The notes beneath the pieces are model-generated. The model made no database searches. It saw only the letters and a list, made by a program, of their open reading frames with translations, and had not been told where the DNA came from. This document shows positions 60,150 to 64,000 of a stretch of 64,000 bases of DNA, in pieces. Each line of letters opens with the position of its first letter. Position 1 is the stretch's first letter. The stretch lies in assembly GCF_009914755.1 (NCBI RefSeq), contig NC_060925.1. One strand, given 5' to 3'. Source of the stretch: the human T2T-CHM13v2.0 reference genome, Homo sapiens. The translations under genes and the position numbers were made by a program.

Positions 60150-60593
60150 CCCATCCCTTTTAATTTCTGCACGGGCCCTACTTTAAGTATCGCTGCAGTG
60201 GCGAAAGCATTCATCATTGCCGACCTGTGTGGAATGTGAACCTGAGTATTTTCTATTGGCGGGAACTTACGTGGCTAAAACGTCTCCTTTATAATGTGGA
60301 GCTAAACAGTTCAAAATCTTGAACAGATCTTATCACCCTTAAAGTATTATGTAATATGATCCTCACCCAAGAATGACCTCCAAGTTTCCTGACATACTTG
60401 ACGGGGGAGACTGGTGTCACATGAGGACCAGTAAAAAATCTGTACTGAACTGAAATTTTTATGCCTCAACATTTTTTTACAAAAGGAAATCAAATGTGAA
60501 AATTTATCTGGATGCTCCATACTTCAAACAATTCCCATTAAATGCATTAAGGCTTTCCAGTGGCCTCCCATAGCAGGATTCCTCCAACACTTC

Positions 60594-61401
<808 letters not shown>

Positions 61402-61729
61402 TGACTACTAGAATTTCTTATAATGGCCTACCCAAGGTCACATATGATCTCACTCCTGCAGACCTCCCCAAATTATTTCCTACAGCTTCCCCCTCCCCAG
61501 CTTCCTGCTGTCCTCAAACATGCCAGGATTACTACCAATTTAGGGCTTTTACACTTGTTTCTTAAGCCTAGAGTGCCTTCAACTATATTTTGTCATGGCT
61601 TTTGATTTCTGCTCAAATTATGGCATCTCATATGTGCTTTCCTTGAACAGCCAATCTGAAAAGAAGTTCCTAGCCCTATCTGTATCCAGGCTCCCTCTAG
61701 CTGTTTTTCCAGTGGTTGAGGTCTTTAAG

Positions 61730-63300
61730 TTTAATATCTCTCCAAATATTTCTTTCTTCTCAACTCCCATTTTCCTCTCTTCTAGACTCCAGTTACCTGT
61801 GATTAGATAATTTGATATTATCCACAGGTCTCAAGTAGCCTTTTTCATTTTTTCACTCTTTTCCTCTCTATTTTGCAAATTGGATAATTTCTATTCACTT
61901 GTTCAAATTTACTAATCCCTTCCTCTGCTATGCCATGTTTGCTATTAAACCCATCAAAAAAATTCTCCATTTCTGATATTGTACTTTTTTTTCCAGCACA
62001 GCTGTTTGATTCTCTATCATTTCTATCTCTCTAAGATTTCCTTTACTTTTTCACTTTTTCATTGTCCATTTTTCTGCTGATCTTTAACATATATACATAT
62101 GTATGTGTGTGTGTCTGTGTGTGTGTAATCTGTCCAATAATTCCATCTGGTCCATTCCTTGGTCTGCTTCTGTTGACTATTTTCTCTCTTGACTTTATGT
62201 TTCTTCACATAATTCATCAATTTTTATTGTGGTTCAGATATTATAGGTAAAGTATTATTACAGACTAAAGTAAATAATAATGAACCCCCCCCCCAAAGGA
62301 TACACTCCTTCTTCTCTCAAGGCTGAGTTAGCTAATCTGCAGCTGAGATGTGTCTGAACTTAGTCTAGCTTTAGTTAGATTCAGTTGACCACTAACTATA
62401 AGTTTGAAGACATGATAGGACTTTCTCTTTAGCAAGATTGGGTATCTGCACATTGTCAAGACTCTGAAAATATTGTTCTCCTTAACAGCCCAGCCACCAA
62501 ACTTCTAAGCTCTGGAAATCTCTATCTACTTGTCAGTCCATCTGTTAGCTTTTTTTTTTGAGGGAGATTTAGTTCTCAGGGAATTGTTTTTTGTTCATTT
62601 GTTTGTTTTGTTTGTTTGCTTGGTTTTGGTCTAGTACCACTTCTAGCTTTGTGTGCCTCCAAGTAGTGCTCTCTCTTAGCATTACTGTCTGACTGCCAGC
62701 CTTTAGGGTCTCTATGGTGTGTTCTGTGAAGACCAATATTACTTTGGTGGAATTATTCTCAGCTTTCCTGCCCAACTCTAGCCCTCATAGGACTTCTGCA
62801 GTGTACTTGGTGAGGCCTAAAGTGCCTCAAAGGGATTTCTTTCCTCTCTCCTGCTCTACCCCTAGACTTCAGCAGCCCTCTGCCTTGTCCTTAAAAAAAG
62901 TCCCTCATATCTCAGGGTAAATTAGTTCAGCAAAGCTGCTCTGATTCCATCATTTGGCACTGTACCCTGTGCATTTAGTGAAGGTCCCTGGAAAAGAGTG
63001 GGCAGACAGATGCAGACTTTTGTGTCTGGAGCTCCTTGAGATTCTAATCCTTCCTGCCAGCTCATATGCAGCCACCAAAAGTTGGGCTGGTTTCTCTTCT
63101 CCTATTAGTCCACCAAGAATAAAAGCAACTGTGGATCTCTTCTCTCATGGAAATGTCTTGCCACTTTCTGGAAATTAGTTAATTGTCTCTTTTTGCATAC
63201 TCAGCTCTGATGGGTTTGAGATGTTACAATGCTGTAGAGTGTCTGGCTTGATATTAAGGTTAGAGTGGAAGTGATAGTCTCTTGTACTTCCTACATCTAT
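61730..63300 (-). mobile_element. Old L1M 5' region, degenerate
   Basis: TTTGATATTATCCACAGGTC, TTGGATAATTTCTATT, TGCTATTAAACCCATC, TCTGCTTCTGTTGACT. Confidence 0.6.
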
Positions 63301-64000
63301 CCAGATAGAAAAGTTCCCACCACATCTTTGTCATCTTTATATTTTCAGCATTTGTACTGGTACTAGTACTTGGTAGTCACTCAATAAATTTTTTGTTGGA
63401 TATGTAAAAAGAGAACAGTGATATTAACTAGACACCTAATTGGTAGTATTAACCAGACACCTAACTGGTAAAAGATTAGTTAAACCTAAATATGCCCAGA
63501 ATTTTTTGAAGAGGCAAAGATTATACAAATAAAAGAATTTTTAAAGTAATTTATAGTAATGCTGCCACTCTAACACAACTATGTACATGGAACTAATATT
63601 ATTTATTACGATCTTATAACACTGATGCCTATCTGAATTGTGCAGATGAAGAAAAATAATATAATCTATGCAGATATAATTATGACATTAGCTGAGGCAG
63701 GAAAAGTAAACTCTAATGTATTTAAGTGGAAAACACACAAATTAAGTTAAAACAAATTTTTAATGGAAGAGTAGAACTGGTTCACTATTCACGACTTTTC
63801 CAGGTTTAAAATGAATACAATTATATTACTAGTAAAACCTCATTACGGCCCATGGAAATGCCCTGTGGTTACACTCAGTGTTTCCTCCCAATCTCATGAT
63901 TGACTATGGAAAACTGCAAATCTAGGTTTTCCCTGGTTCATATCAGCCTGAGAAATTAGACTGAATTATCTGTAACATCTCCCTTTTAAACATGTGCTTT

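Overview
Primate (very likely human) non-coding genomic DNA, AT-rich and with no CpG island. I find no credible protein-coding exon, tRNA, rRNA or snRNA. The recognisable ORFs in the track are translations of Alu, L1, LTR or microsatellite sequence; the rest are short and match no protein I recognise. About half the window is interspersed repeat: about 20 Alus, L1 fragments from L1PA2-like to L1M, MaLR/ERVL LTRs, MER5/MER20/MER91/MADE1 DNA elements, and MIR/L2/CR1. I cannot name the locus, and I see no new gene system. The notable signals are structural fossils readable directly from the sequence. (1) At 11906-12489, a complex templated insertion joins a direct copy of 13344-13659 to an inverted copy of 11200-11391, with snap-back hairpins at the junctions and an 11-bp flanking duplication. 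(2) At 33254-34665, an L1PA 3' transduction is polyadenylated at a captured MST LTR and sits at a target site reused by Alu insertions. (3) At 36549-36638, a 90-bp HERV-K LTR5-type 'mini-LTR' keeps both termini and a perfect 6-bp TSD. (4) There are further template-switch scars, perfect palindromes, candidate regulatory motifs and one candidate non-coding exon. Repeat subfamily calls come from remembered consensus sequences. Boundaries of old elements are approximate.
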